Assembly (NCBI GenBank): GCA_963741945.1
Contig: CAVUKA010000003.1
Span: forward strand, 160,001-224,000
Source of the DNA: an uncultured Gemmatimonadales bacterium
GTDB taxonomy: Bacteria > Gemmatimonadota > Gemmatimonadetes > Longimicrobiales > RSA9
DNA length: 64,000 nucleotides
Direction of reading: 5' to 3'
This document shows positions 39,472 to 48,298 of the stretch, piece after piece (position 1 is the stretch's first letter; every line of letters begins with the position of its first letter). The translations under genes and the position numbers were made by a program. Below the pieces are notes generated by a model that saw only the letters and a list, made by a program, of their open reading frames with translations, had not been told where the DNA came from and did no database searches.

Positions 39472-42273
39472 TCACGCCCCGCCCGTGCCGCTGGCCGTGC
39501 TGGCGAGGGTACGGGCGATCTCCTCCACGGTGAAGCACTCGATGACGTCTCCGACCTTGATGTCGTTGTAGCCGTCGATGCTCATGCCGCACTCGAACCC
39601 CTCGCGCACTTCACGAACATCATCCTTGAAGCGCTTGAGACTCCCCAGCTGCCCCTGGTAGACCTGGATCCCGTCGCGCACCAGCCGCACCGGCTCGCCC
39701 CGCCGGATCACGCCCTCCGTGACATAACAGCCCGCCACGGTCCCGGCCCGCGGGACACGGAACAGCTGCCGCACCTCCGCCGCGCCCAGCAGCTTCTCCC
39801 GCTCTTCGGGTGCGAGCATCCCTTCCAGCGCCGAGCGCACGTCCTCGATCGCCTCGTAGATGACGTCGTAGACGCGGACATCCACGTCCTCCTGCTCCGC
39901 CACCTGCCGGGCATCCGCGTCGGGGCGGACATGGAAGCCGATGATGATCGCGCCGGCCGTTGCAGCCAGCAGCGCGTCGGAGCGGTTGATCGCGCCCACG
40001 CCGCGATGGATCACGTCGACTTCCACCTCGTTCGTGCCCAGCTGTTCAATGGAGTCGGCCAGCGCCTGCACCGACCCATCCACGTCGCCCTTGATCACCA
40101 CGTTGAGCTGCGCGGTCTGACCCGCGGCCAGCAGCTGACTGATGTCGGTCAGCTTCACGCCGCGGCTCTTGATCCGCAGCTTCTTCTCGCGCTCCAGCCG
40201 CTGACGCGTCTGCGCGATCTCCGCCGCGCGCTCCGGCTCCATGACCATGAGCTTGTCGCCCGCCTGCGGCACGCCGTTGATCCCGAGCACCTGCGCCGGC
40301 ATTCCCGGGCCGACCTCGTCGACGTGGTTGCCCCGCTCGTCCAGCAGCGCGCGCACCCTGCCGCCGTGCAGCCCGCACACCAGGTCGTCGCCCACGTGGA
40401 GCGTTCCGTTGGTCACCAGCACGGTGGCTACGGGGCCCTTCCCGACATCCAGCTCGGCTTCGATGACGATCCCGTGAGCCTCACGGTCCGGGTTCGCCTT
40501 CAGCTCCAGCAGCTCGGCCTGGAGGAGCACCTTGTCCAGCAGCTCGTCGAGGCCCTGGCCCGTCTTCGCGCTCACCGGCTGGGCCAGCACGTCGCCGCCG
40601 AACTCCTCCACCACCACGCTGTGCTCGAGCAAGGCCTGCTTCACGCGATCCGGATTCGCTCCCGGCAGATCGATCTTGTTGATCGCCACGATCATGGGCA
40701 CGCCCGCGTTCCGCGCGTGGCTGATCGCTTCCACCGTCTGCGGCATCACGGCGTCGTCCGCGGCAACCACGAGGATGACCACGTCCGTCACGTCCGCGCC
40801 CCGCGCCCGCATCGCGGTGAACGCCGCGTGGCCCGGGGTGTCGAGGAAGCTGATCGACCGCCCGTCGTCGAGCGTGACGTGGTAGGCGCCGATGTGCTGC
40901 GTGATGCCACCGGACTCGCCCGCGATCACGTTCGTCTTGCGGATGTGGTCCAGCAACGAGGTCTTGCCGTGGTCCACGTGACCCATCACGGTCACCACCG
41001 GCGGGCGAGGCGCCAGGTCTTCCGGCCGATCCTCGACTTCCTCCTCGTCCAGCTCGCCCTCGTACTCCTCCTCGCGCACCGCCTGGAACCCGAACTCGTC
41101 CAGCAGCAGCTCGATCTGGTCGAAGTCCAGCCGCTGGTTGATGGTGACCATCATGCCGAGGTTCTTGAACGCGCTCGCGATGATCTGTGACGCGTTCTCG
41201 TCGATCAGCTCCGCCAGCTCCGCCACGGTCAGGAACTCGTTCACCCGGACGGTCTTCGCCTCCTCGGCCGCCACCCGCTGCCGCTCGGCCTCCTGCTGCT
41301 CCCGCTCCTCCGATCCGTGCCGCGAGCGACGGCGCTTGCTCCGGCCGCTGCTCCCGCCACCCTTGATCTCGGCCATCACGCGCTGCACGTTCTCCTGCAC
41401 CGCGCCCTGGTCCACCCGGGCCCGCCGCTTCTTCCGCTTGTCCTTCTTGCGTTGTCCGTCCGGAGTGTACCCCTCGGCCTGGATCCGGACCTTCCCACCG
41501 GGCCCCGCGCTCGCGGCCGGCGCCAGGCCGGGCAGCGATTCCGAAACCCGCTTCGGGCGACGCTTCGGCTTCTCCTTCGGCTCCTCCGCCTTCGGCTTCG
41601 CCTCTGCCGCTGCTTCCGCCGGCGCTTCTGCTTCCGCGACCGGGGCTTCCGTCTCTTCTTCCTGCTCCTCCGCGTCCCGCTCTTCGGCGGCTTCCGCAGC
41701 GGGCACTTCCACGACCTCTTCCTCGGCCTTCTTCGGGCGCACCGCAACCGGCTTCTTCCTGGCTGCCGGCGCCTTCGGCGCCTCCTCCTCCGCTGGCGCT
41801 TCCGCCTCCTCGGCCGTCGGCGCCTCCTCGGCCGCCGGCACCTCCTCGACCGTGGCTGCCTCCTCGGCCCCCACCTCGGGTGCCTCTGCTTCGGCCGCGG
41901 CCTCCTCGGGGGCGGCCTCGGCTTCCGCCGTCACCGGCTCCTCGGCGCCCTCGTCGGCGCCCTCCACGCCGCCCTCCACGGCCAGCTCGCCGGCTTCCGT
42001 CTCGACGCCCTCTTCTTCCGGCTCGTCGCTCTTCCGACGACGGCGACGCCGCCGCGTCGGGGCCTGCGCGTCTTCGATCGCCGCTTCGACCACCTCCACC
42101 GCATCGGAAGCACCCGCCCGCCTCTGCCGCTCGAAGCGAGCCCGTAGCTTCGCGATCACCGTGTCGTCCACGGTGGATGCCTCCGAGCGCACGGCCGCAC
42201 CCATCTCCCTCAGGAGCTGGATCAGGCTGTCCGCCGGAACGCCGAATTCCCTGGCTACCTCGTATACGCGCAT
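39472..42273 (-). CDS. infB: Translation initiation factor IF-2
   Basis: MRVYEVA N-domain, long Glu/Ala-rich linker, GHVDHGKT, DTPGH, NKID, SLKRFKDD. Start ATG 42273. Confidence 0.98.
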   Translation of the reverse strand: MRVYEVAREFGVPADSLIQLLREMGAAVRSEASTVDDTVIAKLRARFERQRRAGASDAVEVVEAAIEDAQAPTRRRRRRRKSDEPEEEGVETEAGELAVEGGVEGADEGAEEPVTAEAEAAPEEAAAEAEAPEVGAEEAATVEEVPAAEEAPTAEEAEAPAEEEAPKAPAARKKPVAVRPKKAEEEVVEVPAAEAAEERDAEEQEEETEAPVAEAEAPAEAAAEAKPKAEEPKEKPKRRPKRVSESLPGLAPAASAGPGGKVRIQAEGYTPDGQRKKDKRKKRRARVDQGAVQENVQRVMAEIKGGGSSGRSKRRRSRHGSEEREQQEAERQRVAAEEAKTVRVNEFLTVAELAELIDENASQIIASAFKNLGMMVTINQRLDFDQIELLLDEFGFQAVREEEYEGELDEEEVEDRPEDLAPRPPVVTVMGHVDHGKTSLLDHIRKTNVIAGESGGITQHIGAYHVTLDDGRSISFLDTPGHAAFTAMRARGADVTDVVILVVAADDAVMPQTVEAISHARNAGVPMIVAINKIDLPGANPDRVKQALLEHSVVVEEFGGDVLAQPVSAKTGQGLDELLDKVLLQAELLELKANPDREAHGIVIEAELDVGKGPVATVLVTNGTLHVGDDLVCGLHGGRVRALLDERGNHVDEVGPGMPAQVLGINGVPQAGDKLMVMEPERAAEIAQTRQRLEREKKLRIKSRGVKLTDISQLLAAGQTAQLNVVIKGDVDGSVQALADSIEQLGTNEVEVDVIHRGVGAINRSDALLAATAGAIIIGFHVRPDADARQVAEQEDVDVRVYDVIYEAIEDVRSALEGMLAPEEREKLLGAAEVRQLFRVPRAGTVAGCYVTEGVIRRGEPVRLVRDGIQVYQGQLGSLKRFKDDVREVREGFECGMSIDGYNDIKVGDVIECFTVEEIARTLASTASGTGGA

Positions 42274-42298
42274 GCTCTTCCTGCTACCTCCAGTTACA

Positions 42299-42604
42299 TC
42301 AATGCTGTTGCTCGCCACCGGCCAGCAACGCCTGGAGCCGCCTCGCGAATCCCGGCTCCCGAATACCCACTGCCGCCACGGGCGCTCGCCCCACCGCCGT
42401 GCCCAGAGCGGACTTCGTGTACCGCATTACGAACGCAACCCCACGCGCCTCGAGCGGCGGAACCAACTTGTCCCGCCCCGTGGCCGTGAGGTCGCTCGCC
42501 ACGAATGCGAATCGCAGCCGACCCCCGCGCAATGCTTCCCGTACCGCGGGCGTTCCCGCAGCCACCGCACCGGCCCGGGCCGCGAGGCCGAGCAGCTGCA
42601 GCAC
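42299..42604 (-). CDS. L7Ae/L30e-family (YlxQ-like) RNA-binding protein
   Basis: LLGLAARAG...G, A.D, LG.AVGR, GFA; between nusA and infB. Confidence 0.88.
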   Translation of the reverse strand: MLQLLGLAARAGAVAAGTPAVREALRGGRLRFAFVASDLTATGRDKLVPPLEARGVAFVMRYTKSALGTAVGRAPVAAVGIREPGFARRLQALLAGGEQQH

Positions 42605-42608
42605 GGGA

Positions 42609-44153
42609 TCAGGCGACGTGCTCGCGATCCTTCCCGTCCTCCGAAGCGCTCGACTCCTCGCCCCCGCCGTCCTCCTCCGCTTCGGACGGCTCCTCCTCGG
42701 GCGTTTCCCCCTCGTCCGCCTGCTCCACCGGCGCGTCCGCGCCGGCGGCCGACGCCTTCCCTCCGCCCACCTCGCTCACATCCACGCCCAGGATCTCCGC
42801 GGCCACCTGGCGCGCTTCCTCCATCTCTTCCGCCGACGGCCCGGACGCCTCCGTCGATGGCTCCTCGACGACGGTCAGCTCATCGATGATGCCGATGAGG
42901 CGATCCGCCGCTTCCTCGCTCACGCCTTTGGTGGCGAGGAAGTCTTCACGTTCGAGGTCGATGATATCGAAAAAAGTAGTATATCCGGCGCTCCCGAGCG
43001 CCGCCAGCGTCGCGGCGTCCAGCTCCAGCTCCGTGAGCGGGAAGTCGGAAACTTCGTACTCCTCCTCGCCGCCGCCGAACAGGGCCGCGTCGGCCCCGCG
43101 CTCGAGCCATTCGCGGCTGCCGTAGAGGTCCAGCTGCCAGCCGATGAGCTGGCTGGCCAGGCGGACGTTCTGACCGTTGCGACCGATGGCCAGCGACAGC
43201 TGGTCCTCGTCCACAATGGCGGTGATCACGCCACGATCCGAGTCGCTGAGGACCTTGGCCACGCGGGCGGGCGCCAGGGCCCGACGTGCGTAGACCTCCG
43301 GGTCCGGATGCCAGGGGACGATGTCGATGCGCTCGCCGCCCAGCTCGCTGACGACCGCCTGGACGCGCGAGCCCTTGAGGCCAACGCATGCGCCCACGGG
43401 GTCGATGGACTCGTCCCGTGAGGACACGGCCACCTTGGTTCGCCCTCCCACCTCGCGGGCCAGCCCCTTGACCTCGACGATGCCCTGATAGATCTCGGGC
43501 ACCTCGAGCCTGAAGAGGGCGGCCACGAAGCCCGGATCCGCCCGGGACAGGATCAGCCGCGGCCCCTTGGACGTCTCCTCCACCTTCTTCAGCACCGCGC
43601 GGATCGGCTCGCCCTGCCGAAACCGTTCACGCGGGTTCTGCTCCTTCCACGGGATGATGGCGTCGGCGTCGCGCGCCTCGTTGAGCATGACCACCAGCTT
43701 GCCGCGTTCCACCTGCTGCACCTCCCCGCTCAGGAGCTCGCCCTCGCGGTCCTCGAACTCGTTCCGGATCTTCTGCCGCTCGCCTTCGCGCACGCGCTGG
43801 ATGATCCGCTGCTTCGCCGCCATGACGGCGTTCCGGCCGAACTCCGCGAACGCGACGGGGATCTCCAGCACGTCACCCGGCTCGAACTCGGGATCGTCCC
43901 AGCGCGCCTCCTCCAGGGAGACCTCGCGGGAGGGATCCTCGATTTCGGCAACGACCTCCTTCAGCACCGTGATCTGGATGCCACCACCCTGCTCATCGAT
44001 GGTGATCTCGGCCTCGACGTTGGGGCCGAAGCGCTTCGCCAGCGCGGCCATGATGCCGTCGCGGATGAGGTCGCGCAGCTCGAGATCCGAGAGGTTTTTG
44101 TTGTTCGTCAACTCCCGGAACGCCGCAAGGACCTGCATGCCTTCGTTCGCCAT
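42609..44153 (-). CDS. nusA: Transcription factor NusA with acidic C-terminal tail
   Basis: FGR.....AKQ, S1 and KH domains, GACVG..GSR, AIGRNGQNVRLA. Confidence 0.97.
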   Translation of the reverse strand: MANEGMQVLAAFRELTNNKNLSDLELRDLIRDGIMAALAKRFGPNVEAEITIDEQGGGIQITVLKEVVAEIEDPSREVSLEEARWDDPEFEPGDVLEIPVAFAEFGRNAVMAAKQRIIQRVREGERQKIRNEFEDREGELLSGEVQQVERGKLVVMLNEARDADAIIPWKEQNPRERFRQGEPIRAVLKKVEETSKGPRLILSRADPGFVAALFRLEVPEIYQGIVEVKGLAREVGGRTKVAVSSRDESIDPVGACVGLKGSRVQAVVSELGGERIDIVPWHPDPEVYARRALAPARVAKVLSDSDRGVITAIVDEDQLSLAIGRNGQNVRLASQLIGWQLDLYGSREWLERGADAALFGGGEEEYEVSDFPLTELELDAATLAALGSAGYTTFFDIIDLEREDFLATKGVSEEAADRLIGIIDELTVVEEPSTEASGPSAEEMEEARQVAAEILGVDVSEVGGGKASAAGADAPVEQADEGETPEEEPSEAEEDGGGEESSASEDGKDREHVA

Positions 44154-44162
44154 TGATCTCCC

Positions 44163-44651
44163 CTACTCGTTCCACCGGAACACGAGGTGCGCCTTCGCGA
44201 TCTCGTCACGCGGCACCTCGACTTCCTCACCATCCGGGAGGCGCAGCCGTACGGCGTCTCCCTCGTCTCCTTCCACGAGCCCCAGCAGCTCGCCCTCCAG
44301 CCTCTTGCTTCGCCCCGCCAGTGGCGCGTACCCTCGCAGCGCCACTTCGTGCCCGGCGAAGCGGTCGAAATCCCGGCGACGCACCAGCGGCCGCTCCACT
44401 CCCGGCGACGACACCTCCAGCACGTAGGTGGCCGGCATGCCCTCGAGCTCGTCGAGATAGGCTTCCAGCGCCCGGCTGACCGTCGCGCAGTCCTCGAGCG
44501 AGATCCCGTGACCCGGCTCGGAGTCCGGCCGGTCCACGCGCAGCCGGAGCACCGGCCGGTTCCTGGACCCGGCTCGCTCCAGTTCCACCAGCTCGAAGCC
44601 CAGCGTTTCGGTGCGCCGCTCCAGTTCAGCTTGCAGTGACGACTCGCTCAT
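44163..44651 (-). CDS. rimP: Ribosome maturation factor RimP
   Basis: LEDCA.VSR, Y.LEVSSPG.ERPL. Confidence 0.96.
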   Translation of the reverse strand: MSESSLQAELERRTETLGFELVELERAGSRNRPVLRLRVDRPDSEPGHGISLEDCATVSRALEAYLDELEGMPATYVLEVSSPGVERPLVRRRDFDRFAGHEVALRGYAPLAGRSKRLEGELLGLVEGDEGDAVRLRLPDGEEVEVPRDEIAKAHLVFRWNE

Positions 44652-44659
44652 GGCGCTTC

Positions 44660-44689
44660 AATAAAAAAGTGGGGGTGTGCCCCCCACTT
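44660..44689 (-). terminator. rimP leader premature terminator (attenuator)
   Basis: Minus strand AAGTGGGGG-GCACA-CCCCCACTT-TTTTATT, ending 8 nt before the rimP ATG and downstream of a promoter. Confidence 0.8.
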
Positions 44690-44728
44690 CCATAGCGACG
44701 CCCGCCTCCGGGCATCGCGCACGTCTCG

Positions 44729-44757
44729 ATGATAAGCCAGCACCGGTCGAGAGGCAA
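44729..44757 (-). promoter_or_regulatory. Candidate sigma70 promoter of the rimP-nusA-infB operon
   Basis: Minus strand TTGCCT-N17-TATCAT. Confidence 0.65.
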
Positions 44758-44814
44758 CCCCGCTCCCTTGCGCCAGATGGCACGGGCGGCGGCGCCCGGG
44801 GCCGCATCAGCCGA

Positions 44815-45603
44815 TCACGGGCGGAGCGCCATCACCCCCATCTGACGGGCCGCGGACCCACCGCGGTGTGAAAAGAAGCCCCTGCCACAAAGCGTGCAGT
44901 GCTCCGAGACCGTCACCGATGCCGCGGGCACCCCGGCCTCCACGGCCTGTCCGACCTGGACAGCCCGGACATCCACCGGCCGCGCGCCGGTGGGCGCCTC
45001 CAGCCCCAGCGCGGTGTGGACTTCAGGCCCGACCTCGTAGCAGCGCCCGCAGATCGCGGGCCCCAGGTGGATCCGCAACGTGGCCGGGTCGGCACCCAGC
45101 GCCGAGATCCCGCGCCCGACGATCCCCGCCACGGTCCCCCTCCACCCGCCGTGCAGCAGGGCGATTCGCCGCCGGCCGGGGTCGAGGAGGAAGATGGGGA
45201 CGCAATCGGCGACGGAAACCGTGAGCAGGACGTCGGCACGCGAGGTCCGGTGGCCGTCGTAGCCATCCAGGACCAGGAGCCCGGGAACGGCATCGTCGCA
45301 ATGGAAGAGTTCCCGCCCGTGTACCTGTCGGCTGTGGACGGCCCCCGCGATCCCCACTGCTCGCCGGAGCGCGCGCCACCGCTCCAGTGTTTCTCCGACC
45401 GGACTCGCGCCGAAGAGGCCGAGGTCGAAATCGCCCTGCGGCCCTCGACCGGTGGTCCCCTGGAGCAGCCACGGGAACGCCTCGGACCACTCCGGGTTGC
45501 GATACAAGGGAACGGGGCCGCGAACGGCGCTCTCGCGAATGGTGCGCACCCCCGCCGGGAGCGCTGGCGTTGAGCTCTCGCGACCGCCGGCGCCGGCGCT
45601 CAC
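44815..45603 (-). CDS. pgeF: PgeF/YfiH-family (laccase-domain) protein
   Basis: QVHG, VADCVP, HGGWRG, GPAIC..CYEVG, FFSHR. Confidence 0.9.
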   Translation of the reverse strand: MSAGAGGRESSTPALPAGVRTIRESAVRGPVPLYRNPEWSEAFPWLLQGTTGRGPQGDFDLGLFGASPVGETLERWRALRRAVGIAGAVHSRQVHGRELFHCDDAVPGLLVLDGYDGHRTSRADVLLTVSVADCVPIFLLDPGRRRIALLHGGWRGTVAGIVGRGISALGADPATLRIHLGPAICGRCYEVGPEVHTALGLEAPTGARPVDVRAVQVGQAVEAGVPAASVTVSEHCTLCGRGFFSHRGGSAARQMGVMALRP

Positions 45604-45974
45604 CCCTCCGTGACCGGGATCTCCGTATCGGCGCTGCCACCGGTCGACTTGTGGTCGTGGTGGGCATGCGCGGCAGCTTCGTGCGCGTCCACGCGCACGC
45701 TCAACGCCTCCACTTCCGCGCGGAGCGCCTCGAACTCGCGGCGAGGCACCAGGTCCAGCCGGGTGCGAGCCTCCTCGAACGCAGTCTGGGCGCGGTCCAT
45801 GGTGGTGCGTACGGCTTCCTTCGCCCGGTCAGGCGTGATCTCCCCCCGATCCAGCATCTCCTGCACGGTCTCTTCCACGGCGTCCTTCAGGGCGCTCAGG
45901 ATACCGAGGCCCGCACGGATGCCCTCTCGCACGTCGTCCCCGAGATTGCCCTTCCGCTCTCGCTGCTCCGTCAT
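45600..45974 (-). CDS. Phasin-like amphipathic helical protein
   Basis: AGLG.L....D.....V.EM..RGEI...A, then L....REF..L...V..L coiled coil. Confidence 0.75.
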   Translation of the reverse strand: MTEQRERKGNLGDDVREGIRAGLGILSALKDAVEETVQEMLDRGEITPDRAKEAVRTTMDRAQTAFEEARTRLDLVPRREFEALRAEVEALSVRVDAHEAAAHAHHDHKSTGGSADTEIPVTEG

Positions 45975-45991
45975 TCCTGCCTCCCTCTGGT

Positions 45992-47281
45992 CTAGTCGCC
46001 CCGTGAGTCCTCGCGGCGGATCCTCGCGCCGAGGGCCCTAAGGCGCTCGTCAATGTTCTGATACCCGCGCTCGATCTGCTGGATGTTGAAGATATGGCTC
46101 TCGCCTTCCGCGCCCAGGGCCGCGATCAGGAGCGCCATCCCGGCGCGGATGTCGGGGCTGTCCACCACCCCGGCATACAGTCGCGACGGCCCCACTACGA
46201 CGGCGCGGTGGGGATCGCACAGGACCACGCGCGCACCCATGCCGATGATCTTGTCCGCGAAGAACATCCGGGACTCGAACATCTTCTCGTGGATCAGGAT
46301 CGTGCCCTGGCACTGCGTCGCCACCACGAGGGCGATGGACGTGAGGTCGGCCGGGAACGCGGGCCATGGGCCATCGTCGATCTTCGGAATGTGGCCACCC
46401 AGGTCCATCCGGATCTCCAGCGCCTGGTTCCCGGGCACGTGGAGGTCATCGCCGCGGGCCACGCACCGGATCCCGAGGCGCTCGAACGCCAGGAGCGTGG
46501 AGTCGAGGTGCTGCAGCGCCGCATTCTCGATGAGGATATCGCCGCGCGTCACCGCGGCCAGACCGATGAAGGAACCCACCTCGATGTGATCGCTGGCGAT
46601 CCGGAAGGTACCGCCGCCGAGCCGGTCGACACCTTCGATCTCCAGCACGTGGGTACCGATTCCGGACACCTTCCCGCCCAGGGTGTTGATCATGTGGCAC
46701 AGGTCCTGGACGTGGGGCTCGGCCGCGGCGTTCCGCAGCTTCGTTGTACCCTTCGCCAGCGACGCGGCCATGACGGCGTTCTCCGTGGCCGTCACGCTCG
46801 GCTCGTCCAGGAAGATATCCGCCCCCTTCAGGCCATCGGCCTCGAGATGATAGCCGCCGCGTGTCTCCACCCGCGCGCCGAGGCGCTGCAGGGCCAGGAA
46901 GTGCGTGTCTACACGGCGGCGCCCGATCACATCGCCGCCCGGCGGCGGCAGCAGCATGCTTCCGAGGCGCGCGAGCATGGGGCCGGCCAGGAGGATGGAC
47001 GCCCGGATCCGGGCGGCCAGCTCCCGCTCCACTTCGGCTATCCGGATATCCTTCGCGTGGATCCGGACCCGGCCCGGGCCCTGCCATTGCACGTCGCAGC
47101 CGAGCTGCTCGAGGAGCTCCAGCAGTGTGCGCACGTCGCGGATGTCCGGTACGTTCTCCAGCGTCACTGGCTGATCGCTCAGGAGGGTCGCGCAGATGAT
47201 CGGTAGAGCCGCGTTCTTGTTTCCCGCGGGCCGGATGCGCCCGTTCAGCGGGACGCCCCCGTCCACGATGTATTTCGGCAT
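45992..47281 (-). CDS. murA: UDP-N-acetylglucosamine 1-carboxyvinyltransferase (Asp at the catalytic-loop Cys position)
   Basis: [40 protein letters not shown]. Start ATG 47281. Confidence 0.96.
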   Translation of the reverse strand: MPKYIVDGGVPLNGRIRPAGNKNAALPIICATLLSDQPVTLENVPDIRDVRTLLELLEQLGCDVQWQGPGRVRIHAKDIRIAEVERELAARIRASILLAGPMLARLGSMLLPPPGGDVIGRRRVDTHFLALQRLGARVETRGGYHLEADGLKGADIFLDEPSVTATENAVMAASLAKGTTKLRNAAAEPHVQDLCHMINTLGGKVSGIGTHVLEIEGVDRLGGGTFRIASDHIEVGSFIGLAAVTRGDILIENAALQHLDSTLLAFERLGIRCVARGDDLHVPGNQALEIRMDLGGHIPKIDDGPWPAFPADLTSIALVVATQCQGTILIHEKMFESRMFFADKIIGMGARVVLCDPHRAVVVGPSRLYAGVVDSPDIRAGMALLIAALGAEGESHIFNIQQIERGYQNIDERLRALGARIRREDSRGD

Positions 47282-47346
47282 GGGCTCTCGAGTGAGTGAG
47301 CGAGTTCCGGCCCTCGAGCCGGTGGACGCCGGTGCAGCGTGAAAAA

Positions 47347-47376
47347 AACATACCGGCGCGCTGGAAGAAGCGCCAA
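47347..47376 (-). promoter_or_regulatory. Candidate sigma70 promoter of murA
   Basis: Minus strand TTGGCG-N18-TATGTT. Confidence 0.5.
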
Positions 47377-47398
47377 GCGATCCGGAGCCCCGGCCCGC

Positions 47399-47428
47399 TT
47401 GACGCACCGCGCCCGGGCCGTCTAGCTT
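47399..47428 (+). promoter_or_regulatory. Candidate sigma70 promoter of the EIIA-PII-antiporter operon
   Basis: TTGACG-N18-TAGCTT, 26 nt before ATG 47455. Confidence 0.6.
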
Positions 47429-47454
47429 GCCGCCAACGATCCCCCCTACTGCGC

Positions 47455-47922
47455 ATGCGACTCAGCGACTATCTGGAACCCGACCTCATCCTGCTGGACC
47501 TCCACACCACGGGGGTTCCGGACACGCTGGCGGCGTTCGCCCATCGCCTCGAAGAGAGCGGTCGCGCCGGCGACGCGGACGCCGTCCGCGAGGCGCTGCA
47601 GGAGCGAGAGGAAAGTCACACGACGTCCCTCGGCAATGGCGTGGCGCTCCCGCATGCCACGGTCCCCGGTCTGACGCATCCGGTGATCCTCATCGGAGTC
47701 GCTCCGGAAGGCGTCCATTTCGGCCGCGACGAGGACGCCGCCGTGTGTCGGCTCTTCTTCGTCCTGCTCTCGCCCCTCGAGCAGGCGGGTACGCACATCA
47801 AGCTCCTGGCCCGCATCGTACGGCTGGTTCGACACCCGGAATTCGTGGACGAGATCATGGCCGCGGACAGCGGTGCGGCGTTGATCCAGCGCATCGAGCG
47901 CGTAGACGCGCTGCACGTCTGA
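47455..47922 (+). CDS. Stand-alone PTS EIIA (fructose/mannitol/Ntr-type) domain protein
   Basis: RE...[12 protein letters not shown] (phospho-His motif), [13 protein letters not shown]. Confidence 0.92.
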   Translation: MRLSDYLEPDLILLDLHTTGVPDTLAAFAHRLEESGRAGDADAVREALQEREESHTTSLGNGVALPHATVPGLTHPVILIGVAPEGVHFGRDEDAAVCRLFFVLLSPLEQAGTHIKLLARIVRLVRHPEFVDEIMAADSGAALIQRIERVDALHV

Positions 47923-47928
47923 GGCGCC

Positions 47929-48282
47929 ATGCAGCTGCTCATCGCGGTCATCAATCAGGAAGAGCGCCTGGACGACATCCTGTCCGGCTTCCTCGAGATC
48001 GGGATCACGGGCGCCACCATCATCGACAGCGAAGGGATGGGGCACGTCCTCTCCCACGACATCCCGATCTTCGCCGGGCTCCAGACGCTGATCTCCCGCT
48101 CTCGTCCGCAGAACACCACCATATTCAGTGTCATCGACAGCGAGGAGAAGGCGGAAGGGGCCATTGCGTTGCTGCAGGACATCTGCGGCGACCTGAACAA
48201 CCCGGCCACGGGGATCGCGTTCACCATCCCGGTGAACCGGGTGGCGGGCCTCGCCCCGGAGCTGGGATCCGGCGACCTTTGA
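47929..48282 (+). CDS. Non-canonical PII-like protein
   Basis: 117 aa PII pattern: LLIAVI...L..I...GITGATII...G.G...TGIAFTIPV..V.G; no Tyr in the whole protein and no C-terminal RxR. Confidence 0.85.
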   Translation: MQLLIAVINQEERLDDILSGFLEIGITGATIIDSEGMGHVLSHDIPIFAGLQTLISRSRPQNTTIFSVIDSEEKAEGAIALLQDICGDLNNPATGIAFTIPVNRVAGLAPELGSGDL

Positions 48283-48298
48283 CACCGGCGGCCCGCGC

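Noticed and set aside
41560-42030. Repetitive GCCTCCTC/GCTTC-rich stretch resembling a repeat array
   Set aside because: Encodes the low-complexity Glu/Ala/Pro linker of IF-2; no fixed repeat-spacer period, so not CRISPR
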